NCBI GenBank assembly: GCA_964644695.1
Contig: CAZXWN010000004.1
Span: 124,001-168,824 of the forward strand
Reading direction: 5' to 3'
Source: an uncultured bacterium
Lineage (GTDB): Bacteria; UBP4; UBA4092
DNA length: 44,824 nt
Shown here: in pieces, positions 9,390 through 17,946 of the stretch
Layout of the letters: every line of letters begins with the position of its first letter
How positions within the stretch are numbered: position 1 is the first letter of the stretch
Translations under genes and position numbers: made by a program
The notes under the pieces: model-generated
What the model was told of the DNA's origin: nothing
Database searches by the model: none
Seen by the model: the letters and a program-made list of their open reading frames with translations, nothing else

Positions 9390-9520
9390 AATGAGATAAA
9401 CCTCTCGGTTAATTGAGATTAAACCTTTTTATTTGTTGATTTTCCCTATTTTACCATAGCCAACAGACAATGGATTGCCACCGGAAGTTGTAAATAAGTT
9501 ACAGGGGCGAAAAACCATAT

Positions 9521-9559
9521 AAAAGAAAAGGCCGGAAGTGTGGGATGGGCACTTCCGGC
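9521..9559 (-). terminator. Rho-independent terminator ending the candidate sRNA
   Basis: 10-bp stem GCCGGAAGTG/CACTTCCGGC followed by a U-tract on the minus strand. Confidence 0.75.
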
Positions 9560-9714
9560 GCCTAGCTCGGCATTGGGGGACCGAGCTAATTGCCTGCTGG
9601 AGGGCATTGCAGGCAGCCTCTGCAGGGCTGCAGAGGTGGGGTATCTTATTTTTTCAAGGGCATGAGTTAAGAAACTGGCGAATTATTTAATTCTGGTGCG
9701 TTCTTAAACCTCAT
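9521..9714 (-). ncRNA. Candidate structured small RNA (~190 nt, five hairpins, C-rich loops)
   Basis: Own sigma70 promoter, four back-to-back perfect GC stems within 9531-9636, a bulged 5' stem, and a final hairpin followed by CUUUUCUUUU. Confidence 0.6.
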
Positions 9715-9720
9715 AATAAT

Positions 9721-9749
9721 AGTATATCTTATAGCAATTAGAATAACAA
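9721..9749 (-). promoter_or_regulatory. Sigma70 promoter for the candidate sRNA
   Basis: TTGTTA (9749-9744), 17-nt spacer, TATACT (9726-9721). Predicted start near A at 9714. Confidence 0.6.
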
Positions 9750-9782
9750 CACTATTTTTTGATAAAAATTCACTTTTTTCCC

Positions 9783-10973
9783 CTATTTTACGAGTTTAAC
9801 CGGACCAGAATAGGGGGTGATTAAAAGTATGATATTGAGATTATCGTACTTAGCGTTTTCCTGTGGATTCGATTCATCTACTACCATAATTCGACGAATA
9901 TCCTCATTGACCATGGTGGTACCTGATTCAACCTGGGCATTGTTAATGCTCACGGAATAGGCCACCGTTGATCCTTTAATGGGGATGACTCCATCCACAT
10001 TGTAGGTCAATATAACATTAGGTTTCCCTTCAAAATCCGCTTTTTTAGCAACAAAGCGATACAGGAATCCGGCATCTTCACCACGAACGGTCATCATATA
10101 TCCAGTCGTCCCATTACTGACGGATTGTTTTTCAGTGTATTGATACCGTAATCCATCACGGAACCGAACTTCTTCGTTGGGAGTCACATTGACCCGCTTA
10201 CGAGATAACAAATCAGCTTTCCCAAACTTCGAAAGCCATTCCATCAACTTCTGAATATCCACATTCTTCAATGAGACAAATGATTCTGGATTATCTTTGG
10301 ATAAATAGGGACAGGTCGCCCAGTCAATCCCTGCGGAATGCTTCTCATCCAAATCCAGAGTAACCACACTACAATCCAAACCTAACTGGGTTCTGTTTTT
10401 AAGAGCATCTTCCAACTGAGCAACCACTTTTTTAATAGCTTCCACATTGGATTGTGTATCGGTCACAATAATACTATTAGTTCGGGTATCCACGGTCATT
10501 GTGCCGCCACTACTTCCCGCACGAGTAACCATTCGAACTAATTCTGTTGCATCCGCATATTTCACTGGGATAATGGCAGTTTCCAGGGCAATATCCACAG
10601 CAGCAATCAACGATTTGGCGAGATCAACCTGTCCACGGGTCCCGGACAGAATCATTAAATTACTGCGCATATCACCGGTCACTTCCATACTTGGGAAGGA
10701 GACCCGCACCAAATTAACAATATCCGAAACACGGGCATTTTTGATAGGAACAAATTCGGTAATCCGAACGGGTTCCTTCGTAACTTCCGATGTAACTGGA
10801 ACAGGTGCCGTCACCGCGGGAGACTCTGTCGTATTGACTACCGGAGGAGCGGCAGGAGCCGGAGTTTCCTGGGCCAAAGATAGAGAGCTGAGCCCCATCC
10901 CTGCCAACATTATAATTGTGACTAAGGCCACACTGAATCGTTTGAGTTTTGGCATAAATGTATTTATCTCCAT
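9783..10973 (-). CDS. Short, divergent secretin-like protein (two Secretin_N domains plus degenerate secretin core)
   Basis: Signal peptide, Pro-rich linker, two repeats of the type IPVKYADA...VDTRTNSIIV.D, then QL.LD..VV.LD.....GIDW and C-terminal IILLITP. Confidence 0.7.
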   Translation of the reverse strand: MEINTFMPKLKRFSVALVTIIMLAGMGLSSLSLAQETPAPAAPPVVNTTESPAVTAPVPVTSEVTKEPVRITEFVPIKNARVSDIVNLVRVSFPSMEVTGDMRSNLMILSGTRGQVDLAKSLIAAVDIALETAIIPVKYADATELVRMVTRAGSSGGTMTVDTRTNSIIVTDTQSNVEAIKKVVAQLEDALKNRTQLGLDCSVVTLDLDEKHSAGIDWATCPYLSKDNPESFVSLKNVDIQKLMEWLSKFGKADLLSRKRVNVTPNEEVRFRDGLRYQYTEKQSVSNGTTGYMMTVRGEDAGFLYRFVAKKADFEGKPNVILTYNVDGVIPIKGSTVAYSVSINNAQVESGTTMVNEDIRRIMVVDESNPQENAKYDNLNIILLITPYSGPVKLVK

Positions 10974-10992
10974 TATTTCTTACAGACCCGAA

Positions 10993-11763
10993 TTAATAAG
11001 AGGGTTCTGCATAACTGGCATTTGCGAAAGTCACATCTAATTCTTTTTTAACTGCATTGATAGTGTGATCCACATTAAACCTGGCTTCCCAGATATCTCG
11101 AGTGGGTTCGCTTTTCGCAGAAGATTCCACAGAAGATTTTTCATCGGATGAATTACCCGAATCGTTCATGGGAAATACGGGTGCCGGTTCAAAATTAGCG
11201 GCATTGGCCACATAAATAACCTTGGGTTTCACGACAACTTTTTCAGAAACAGGTTTGGAGGCTGAGGCAACCTGGTTATCCAGATATTTAACAACTTCCT
11301 CTTTCTGAACCACGGGAACTTCCAGAGTCTGTGTTTCCAGCTTCACAATCTTACTGGATACTCGTAAATCAGGATTCATCAGGATACTGCCCAGAAAGAT
11401 GCCCCCTATGAATAAACCGAGAGAATAGGACAACCGTAAGGCCGATGAATGCGGATTCAACATCCGGTGAAAACCATAATCAATAGTCATCCAGATTTCC
11501 TGCCACCAATAAACTTTCGGGGCGGCCAGGTGGGCTTCAATCTCCTGCCAGGTCTTTTGCCACTGATATTCCGAAGGATACTCAATTTCTTCTTCCTGGA
11601 ATAAACGGGACATCTTTAATAAGGCACTGTATTCCTCACTACAGATGGGACAATGGTCCAGATGATCCCGAACCTCATCAGCAGCAGACCCATTCAGGTC
11701 TCCATCCAGATAGTCCTGGAGTAAGTCCAGGCACTTTTGGCATTTTAATTGGTCAGAAGTCAT
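10993..11763 (-). CDS. Membrane-anchored zinc-finger (zf-HC2) anti-sigma factor
   Basis: C..C..LL.DYLDG.L...HLDHCPIC motif, one transmembrane helix, directly downstream of an ECF sigma gene. Confidence 0.85.
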   Translation of the reverse strand: MTSDQLKCQKCLDLLQDYLDGDLNGSAADEVRDHLDHCPICSEEYSALLKMSRLFQEEEIEYPSEYQWQKTWQEIEAHLAAPKVYWWQEIWMTIDYGFHRMLNPHSSALRLSYSLGLFIGGIFLGSILMNPDLRVSSKIVKLETQTLEVPVVQKEEVVKYLDNQVASASKPVSEKVVVKPKVIYVANAANFEPAPVFPMNDSGNSSDEKSSVESSAKSEPTRDIWEARFNVDHTINAVKKELDVTFANASYAEPSY

Positions 11764-11765
11764 GG

Positions 11766-12407
11766 TTAATACTCCTTCAAGACATCTTTCAACGCCAGGC
11801 GTAGAGAATATCGTGCGCGGTGTAAATGGGTTTTAACGGTTCCCTCGGTACATCCGAGGACATCGGCTATTTCTTTTACTTTCATACTTTCCAGTTCAAA
11901 CATGGTAAAACAGGCTTTTTGTTGTTCCGGCAATTCACTGACGGCTTCCCGAATAACCTGATTAAGTTCTTTCCGGGCCACCAGGACATCAGCACCCACC
12001 AGAGCTAAATCCGGACGGGTATCCGAAGGGCCTTCTTCACCATCATAGGACTTATCCAGGGGTTCAGTGCGATGACGACCCTTTTTTCCCATATAGGTCT
12101 GCGCCTCATTAAATACAATAGTGCGCAGCCAGGGATAAAAAGACGGGTACTTGGCATCAAACCGGTGGATATATTTAAAGGCCCGGATAAAAGCGCCCTG
12201 GACCACTTCTTCCGCATCAGCGGGATTGGTTACATAACGATAAGCAAACGCATAAGCACGATTCCGGTATCTCCGAAACAGTTCATTAAACGCTGAATGA
12301 TCACCTTTTTGACACCGGCGGATCAAAGTATGTTCTGATTCTTCCGCCATCACATCCATGCCCGTTTGCAGGGTATTTATTTCCAGGGTTTGATTATAGG
12401 TCAACAT
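11766..12407 (-). CDS. ECF sigma-70 factor
   Basis: Region 2 (AFNELF..Y, DAEEVVQGAF, F.PWL..I) and region 4 (EIADVLGCTEGTVKTHLHRAR). Confidence 0.95.
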   Translation of the reverse strand: MLTYNQTLEINTLQTGMDVMAEESEHTLIRRCQKGDHSAFNELFRRYRNRAYAFAYRYVTNPADAEEVVQGAFIRAFKYIHRFDAKYPSFYPWLRTIVFNEAQTYMGKKGRHRTEPLDKSYDGEEGPSDTRPDLALVGADVLVARKELNQVIREAVSELPEQQKACFTMFELESMKVKEIADVLGCTEGTVKTHLHRARYSLRLALKDVLKEY

Positions 12408-12750
12408 GCCGAACGATTCCTTTCCTGGTTCCCTTAATGATACCTTATCTTCACGAGGGACAAAAACACATCTCCCGTTACTAATAACCTATTACAATAC
12501 CTCTATTACTACAGGTTGACACGCCCCATAATATTTATTCACAAAAATAAAATAATGCCCCGATTTACCCCAAAACACCTAAAACATTAACCATCAACAT
12601 ATTAAGTAATAAACACAACTTCTTTCTTTCGTTTCAGAGTCGTTCAGAAAGTTTTGACTGACTATCATTTTCCCCCAAAAGAAGAATCTACGGTGTCCAC
12701 CCTTCAGGCACATCCGTAACACTCTGGTATTAAAGAACTAAAGAAAAAAG

Positions 12751-13473
12751 CTAAAGCGAGAAAAAGTACCAGTTTGACTCAATCTTCTTTCGATAACCAG
12801 TCCCGATTGTATCAACATAGTCCCCATAAGGGTTCGTTTCTCGATAATGATATTCACTTAACACTTCTTTATATAAATGCCGCTCTACTTCTTTATCCGG
12901 AGAATAATAAACAATACCCTCTTTTGCGTTATATCGGTTCGAGAACCTGATGGCCCAAAAATCAGCCTTCTCATTATAATCAACATAATCAACGGTTAGC
13001 TGATTATAGAGATATGCCCCATTTTTGATATCAATCCTTGATAATTTACTATTCTGTACTTTTTCTTTCTTTGTTTTCTCGACTTCCTGTATAAACCACG
13101 CTTTATTCTGATTAAAATGGATTTGCTTCCATGTCTCCTTTTTATTACTCATCCAATCTTTATGTTGAACGGAAACACCCGAAAGAATAAAACATACCAA
13201 TAAATACAAGAGGGGGGTGTATCTCCATTGTGCCTTCATAGTGACCGCTATGATAAAAACCAAGAAACTTATACCAAATCCAATAAAATTCATCAAAGTA
13301 AAAATAAACAGTAGCAAATTCAGGGGGGTCGGATCAATAGATACACTGTTTCTCAGATACATGGAGCTATATACATAGATGTCTGCTTGTATAAGCAGGA
13401 ACTGAACTACCAGTAAAATTCCAATAATCCACAAATTTATCTTCCAACGCTTGGGCATCACACAACTCCCCAT
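12751..13473 (-). CDS. Hypothetical membrane protein (three TM helices plus soluble domain), possibly immunity-like
   Basis: AT-rich ORF. Its C-terminus G.VYYS.D....KKIESNWYF resembles the neighbouring paralogs. Confidence 0.6.
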   Translation of the reverse strand: MGSCVMPKRWKINLWIIGILLVVQFLLIQADIYVYSSMYLRNSVSIDPTPLNLLLFIFTLMNFIGFGISFLVFIIAVTMKAQWRYTPLLYLLVCFILSGVSVQHKDWMSNKKETWKQIHFNQNKAWFIQEVEKTKKEKVQNSKLSRIDIKNGAYLYNQLTVDYVDYNEKADFWAIRFSNRYNAKEGIVYYSPDKEVERHLYKEVLSEYHYRETNPYGDYVDTIGTGYRKKIESNWYFFSL

Positions 13474-13483
13474 AAATATATTA

Positions 13484-14182
13484 TTAAGTATAAGTAACGA
13501 AATACCAGTGGGGCTTAATTTTCTCCAATGTTATGTATCCTGAATATTTTTCTTTTCTTGTTTCCATATAAGCGTTAAATAGTTTATCGTCTGAAGCATA
13601 ATAAACACCACCACGAATACCAGGAAGTCGACCATGTCCTATAAAAAATATGTAGGTAAAGACCTTACCCTCATCAGTTTCTTTACAAAAAAAGATTTGC
13701 CTTGCGATTTTAGGATTAATCTTTCCTTGATAGTAAACAGTACTGACCTCGCCCTTTGGAAAAACAACATATGGCTTTTGATTTACAGTATCATATGCAT
13801 AATTGACGATTTCCTGATATTCCGCATAGTTTTGGTTAAACGTATTGAGTCTTACGGTATCTATATACTCAGTACTGTTATTTAGGATATATCCTAGAGA
13901 ATATACGACAAAAAAAGTAAACGGTAATACCCCCATCACAATCCGTTTTAAAATAAATCCTTTATAGAAGAAAATATGGAAAATTATGTAGAAGAAAGCT
14001 ACTGAGGGGATAACTGCAAAAAGGATGCCACTCAAAAGCATAAAGATAATATCACTTCCATCTGCGCCCGGATAACTATGACTATAATACATTATGGCTT
14101 TCCAACCCACCTCATATAAAAGCACATTTATAGCCATTAAGATAATGGGTATCGCTATCTGATTGCGTCGCCAATCAATCAT
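13484..14182 (-). CDS. Hypothetical membrane protein, tandem paralog copy 1
   Basis: Three TM helices plus a domain ending GGVYYASDD...KIKPHWYF. Confidence 0.7.
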   Translation of the reverse strand: MIDWRRNQIAIPIILMAINVLLYEVGWKAIMYYSHSYPGADGSDIIFMLLSGILFAVIPSVAFFYIIFHIFFYKGFILKRIVMGVLPFTFFVVYSLGYILNNSTEYIDTVRLNTFNQNYAEYQEIVNYAYDTVNQKPYVVFPKGEVSTVYYQGKINPKIARQIFFCKETDEGKVFTYIFFIGHGRLPGIRGGVYYASDDKLFNAYMETRKEKYSGYITLEKIKPHWYFVTYT

Positions 14183-14184
14183 AA

Positions 14185-14310
14185 TTATTCTTTCTGCCCC
14201 TCATCGTTGAATAACCATCTATTCTTCTTAAATCGTTCCCAATCAATGAAATCCCAATCATAATATCCGTTTACAGACAACAAACAATCAACCTTTTTGG
14301 ATAATTTCAC
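14185..14310 (-). pseudogene. 41-codon ORF or remnant 3' tail of a lost upstream gene
   Basis: GTG overlaps the stop of copy 2 (GTGA). Translates as MKLSKKVDCLLSVNGYYDWDFIDWERFKKNRWLFNDEGQKE, and stops 2 nt before the ATG of copy 1. The same tail recurs at 15062-15145. Confidence 0.4.
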
Positions 14311-14961
14311 GAATAAGTAACGAAATACCAGTGGGGCTTAATTTTCTCCAATATTATGTATCCTGAATATTTTTCTTTTCTTATTTTCATATAAGCGTTA
14401 AATAGTTCATCGTCTGAAGCATAATAAACACCACCACGACTACCAGGGAGTCGACCATATCCTAAAAAATATATACAGGAGAATGTCTTACCTTCATCAG
14501 TTATTTTCGAAAAAAAGATTTGATTTGCGATTTTAGGATTAATCTTTCCTTGATAGCTATTTCCGTCGGAGTCATCCTTTGGAAAAACAACATCAGGCTT
14601 TTGATTTACAGTATCATATGCATAATTGACGATTTTCTGGTATTCCGCATAATTCTGATTAAACTTATCGAGCCTTACGGTATCTAAATACTCAGTACTA
14701 TTATTTAGAACATATCCTAGGAAATATACGACAAAAAAAGTGAACGGTAATAACCCCATCACAATCCGTTTTAAAATAAATCCTTTATAGAAGAAAATAT
14801 GAAAAATTATGTAGAGAAAATATAATGCAGGGATATTAAGAAAGAAGATACCATTATATGCGACATAGATAAAACTACTTACATCTGCACCCGGATAACT
14901 ATGACCATAATACATTATGGCTTTCCAACCCACCTCATATAAAAGCACATTTATAGCCATT
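14307..14961 (-). CDS. Hypothetical membrane protein, tandem paralog copy 2 (start codon lies in the N gap)
   Basis: Near-identical to 13484-14182 at an offset of 823 nt. The ORF-track start at 15077 is an artefact of reading through Ns. Confidence 0.7.
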
Positions 14962-15061
14962 NNNNNNNNNNNNNNNNNNNNNNNNNNNNNNNNNNNNNNN
15001 NNNNNNNNNNNNNNNNNNNNNNNNNNNNNNNNNNNNNNNNNNNNNNNNNNNNNNNNNNNNN
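14962..15061. other. Assembly gap (100 N)
   Basis: Run of Ns inside the duplicated unit. The equivalent segment in copy 1 is 64 nt. Confidence 1.
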
Positions 15062-15213
15062 ATCGTTGAATAACCATCTATTCTTCTTAAATCGTTCCCA
15101 ATCAATGAAATCCCAACCGTAATATTCGTGAAGGTAAAACAACATAATACCACTTTATGTTTAAACTTCAAACAACCCTCATACTATCCTTTCACAATAT
15201 AAAAGATATCCTT

Positions 15214-15297
15214 GACTTCATTGTCCACCCCGTTCCCTCAGACGAAGCAGAAACGAAGGGGGTACGGACTTGCTCGGAGCAGGTCCGTGGATAAGTC
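15214..15297. repeat. REP-like palindromic element
   Basis: Hairpin ACGGACTTGCTC-G-GAGCAGGTCCGT at 15264-15288. Matches 37514-37542 at 24 of 29 positions. Confidence 0.45.
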
Positions 15298-15487
15298 GTT
15301 CTTTCAGCCAGCGTGGAAGAAGTGAATCAAGCGGGAATAACCGGAATTATTCGATACAAATGGGGTTCGGGTCTAAGATATGGTATTTTTGCCCTGGAAG
15401 TCAGGTCTGACGGGGACAGAACCAATTCGGTTGACATGGCTTGTCCAGAGAGACCGACCTCGCCAATGTGATAAAATGGAACTTCTT

Positions 15488-15952
15488 ATGGCAAAATCAT
15501 CCGACGGAAAAATCGAGAAAATCATTGCGGAAAACCGGAAAGCCCGGCATGACTACTTTTTCCTGGAAACCTGGGAAGCGGGCATTGTTCTGGTGGGGTC
15601 CGAGGTCAAATCCTGCCGTCAGGGCGGATTGAACCTCGCGGACAGTTATGCCCACATCGAAAAGGGTGAGGCCATTTTGTCCAATGCCCATATTGCCCCC
15701 TATGTTCAGGCCAACCAGTTCAATCATGATGCCAAACAAGACCGTAAACTCCTCCTTCATCGCCGGGAAATATTCAAGATTGAAGGAAATTTGAATGCCG
15801 GCGGTTTGACATTAGTCCCGGTTAAGGCTTACTTTAAAGATGGTAGAGTTAAACTGGAACTGGCACTCGCTAAAGGTAAAAAAGATTACGATAAACGAAA
15901 CGATATCAAAAACCGGGATATGGACCGCGAAATGCGGAATAGCCATTATTAA
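15488..15952 (+). CDS. smpB: SsrA-binding protein
   Basis: NRKARHDY, EAGIVLVGSEVKS, RKLLLHRREI and GKKDYDKR. Start placed at ATG 15488 by family length. Confidence 0.97.
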   Translation: MAKSSDGKIEKIIAENRKARHDYFFLETWEAGIVLVGSEVKSCRQGGLNLADSYAHIEKGEAILSNAHIAPYVQANQFNHDAKQDRKLLLHRREIFKIEGNLNAGGLTLVPVKAYFKDGRVKLELALAKGKKDYDKRNDIKNRDMDREMRNSHY

Positions 15953-15981
15953 GCCCCATCCATTCGGGAGGAGAATCAATC

Positions 15982-16560
15982 ATGGTACTTTATGACCTGG
16001 TACAAAAAAACCGGTCCTATCGCCGGTTTGACCAAACTCGGACCCTTGACCGGGACAACCTGGTCGATTTAATCAAACTGGCCCGAATGACTCCCAGTGC
16101 CGCCAACCGCCAGCCCCTGAAATATATCATCGCCAATAAGCCGGAATTAAATCAAAAGATATTCTCTACTCTGGCCTGGGCAGGTTACCTGACGGAATGG
16201 GATGGCCCCGTTGAAGGAGAACGCCCCACCGCTTACATCATCGTTTTGTGTGACCGGACCATCGCCGAGAATCCGAATGTGGACCCCGGTGTTGTCGCTC
16301 AAACCATCATGCTGGGTGCCGTCGAAAAGGGATTCGGTGGATGTATCATAGGAAGCATCAAAAAAGAAGAATTATCCATCATCCTGAATCTTCCGGAACA
16401 TCTCCGAATTGAGTTAGTTCTGGCTTTGGGACATCCTGTCGAAAAAGTCCATTTGGACGCGGTCAAACAGGATGGTTCCATCAAATATTTCCGCGACGAA
16501 GACGATGTCCATCATGTACCTAAACGGGCATTGGAAGAAATTCTCCTGGAATTACCCTGA
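15982..16560 (+). CDS. Nitroreductase family protein
   Basis: RSYRRF, PSAANRQP, GFGGCIIGS and HHVPKR. RBS GGAGGAG. Confidence 0.93.
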   Translation: MVLYDLVQKNRSYRRFDQTRTLDRDNLVDLIKLARMTPSAANRQPLKYIIANKPELNQKIFSTLAWAGYLTEWDGPVEGERPTAYIIVLCDRTIAENPNVDPGVVAQTIMLGAVEKGFGGCIIGSIKKEELSIILNLPEHLRIELVLALGHPVEKVHLDAVKQDGSIKYFRDEDDVHHVPKRALEEILLELP

Positions 16561-16575
16561 AACAGGAAACTAATC

Positions 16576-16606
16576 AAAAAGGCCGGTGTTTTAAACACCG
16601 GCCTTT
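16576..16606. terminator. Bidirectional terminator
   Basis: AAAGGCCGGTGTT...AACACCGGCCTTT between convergent genes. Confidence 0.85.
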
Positions 16607-16632
16607 ATTATTTCAACTGATATCAGATAGAT

Positions 16633-17925
16633 TTATCGGCCGCCAATATCATTCCGATGGTGCATTTTATCGAAATGGATTTTGCGGATAGATTTGTACA
16701 CCTTATCCCGTGCACCGGCCAAAGTCTCATCCAAAGCAACAACATTCAAGACGCGTCCACCGGCAGTGAGGATCCCGTCTTTCCCGGCCATTGTCCCGGC
16801 GTGGAATAAAATCGGTTTTTTCACTCCATCAGCTTTTGGACTGAAATGCTCCAATCCTTCAATGACAATTCCTTTTTTGAAATTACCCGGATATCCGCCT
16901 GAAGCCAAAACCACACAACAGGCCGCCTGATTGTCCCATTCCAGTTCCATGTCCCCCAGTTTACCGTCAATACAGGCTTCCATCACATCAACTAAATCGG
17001 ATTTCAACCGGGGTAAAATCACCTGGGTTTCAGGGTCACCAAACCGACAGTTAAATTCCAGGACATACGGTTCACCGTCCACAATCATCAATCCGGTATA
17101 TAAAACACCTTTATAATCAATACCGTCTTTTTTGAGTCCTTTGAGGGTCGGCTCCATAACTTTCTTCATGATTTTAGCCCGAAGTTCATCGGTAAATATC
17201 GGAGACGGAGAAATACAACCCATTCCACCGGTATTCAAACCTTCATCATGATCATTGACCCGTTTGTAATCCTGAGCGGTCACCATCGGAACCAGTGTTT
17301 TCCCATCGACAAAAGCCAGGAGGGACACTTCCGGACCGGTCAGACATTCTTCAATAATGACTTTCTTTCCGGCATCACCAAAGACCATTTGAGCTAAACA
17401 TTGAGACAAGGCACTGACCGCCTCATCCAGATTTCCACAAATAAAAACTCCCTTCCCTGCCGCCAGCCCATCTGCTTTGATGACCAGTTTTTTCGGCGGG
17501 TTGGGTCCATTAAACCGGGATTCCACATAATCTTCCGCTTTTTCAAAATCCGTAAAGACTTCATAATCAGCGGTCGGTATCTTATGCTTTTTCAGGAATT
17601 CCTTGGAGAATATCTTGCTCCCCTCCAACATAGCCCCATTGAGTTTCGGTCCAAAAGCCCGTTTACCCTGAGCTTCCAGGGCATCCACCAGTCCCTTACA
17701 TAAGGGAGCTTCCGGCCCCACAATCGTTAAATCAATTTTGTTATCGTCAATGAATTTGGATAATTCACCAAACTGCGCCCAGTGAGTAGCTGTTTCCAGT
17801 TGGGCGATCTGACCGATACCAGCATTTCCAGGAAGACACCAAAGTTTCTTAACTTTGGGAGATTGAGCGACTTTCCAGGCAATAGCGTGTTCCCGTCCTC
17901 CGGAACCGATAATCAGTACATTCAT
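16633..17925 (-). CDS. purD: Phosphoribosylamine-glycine ligase
   Basis: GSGGREHA, KADGLAAGKGV, NTGGMG and EFNCRFGDPETQ. Confidence 0.99.
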   Translation of the reverse strand: MNVLIIGSGGREHAIAWKVAQSPKVKKLWCLPGNAGIGQIAQLETATHWAQFGELSKFIDDNKIDLTIVGPEAPLCKGLVDALEAQGKRAFGPKLNGAMLEGSKIFSKEFLKKHKIPTADYEVFTDFEKAEDYVESRFNGPNPPKKLVIKADGLAAGKGVFICGNLDEAVSALSQCLAQMVFGDAGKKVIIEECLTGPEVSLLAFVDGKTLVPMVTAQDYKRVNDHDEGLNTGGMGCISPSPIFTDELRAKIMKKVMEPTLKGLKKDGIDYKGVLYTGLMIVDGEPYVLEFNCRFGDPETQVILPRLKSDLVDVMEACIDGKLGDMELEWDNQAACCVVLASGGYPGNFKKGIVIEGLEHFSPKADGVKKPILFHAGTMAGKDGILTAGGRVLNVVALDETLAGARDKVYKSIRKIHFDKMHHRNDIGGR

Positions 17926-17946
17926 GACAGTTCTCCTTTATTTATT

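Larger units (their letters stand above)
13488..15116. repeat. Tandem duplication of about 820 bp
   Basis: 13488-14138 aligns with 14311-14961, and 14203-14257 is identical to 15062-15116 (55 bp). Confidence 0.9.

Noticed and set aside
9667-9714. Leaderless 15-codon peptide MRFKNAPELNNSPVS at the sRNA 5' end
   Set aside because: Too short to support, the start codon abuts the 5' stem, and it lacks attenuator-type codon runs. It cannot be excluded without ribosome profiling.
13484-15116. Diversity-generating retroelement or CRISPR array
   Set aside because: These are whole-gene paralogs. There is no reverse transcriptase and no repeat-spacer periodicity.
14935-15171. ORF-track entries spanning the N run
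   Set aside because: Their frames across the placeholder gap are artefactual.
15230-15487. tmRNA (ssrA) next to smpB
   Set aside because: GGGGGTACGG is not followed by the tmRNA GGxTTCGAC motif, and no tRNA-like 3' end is visible.
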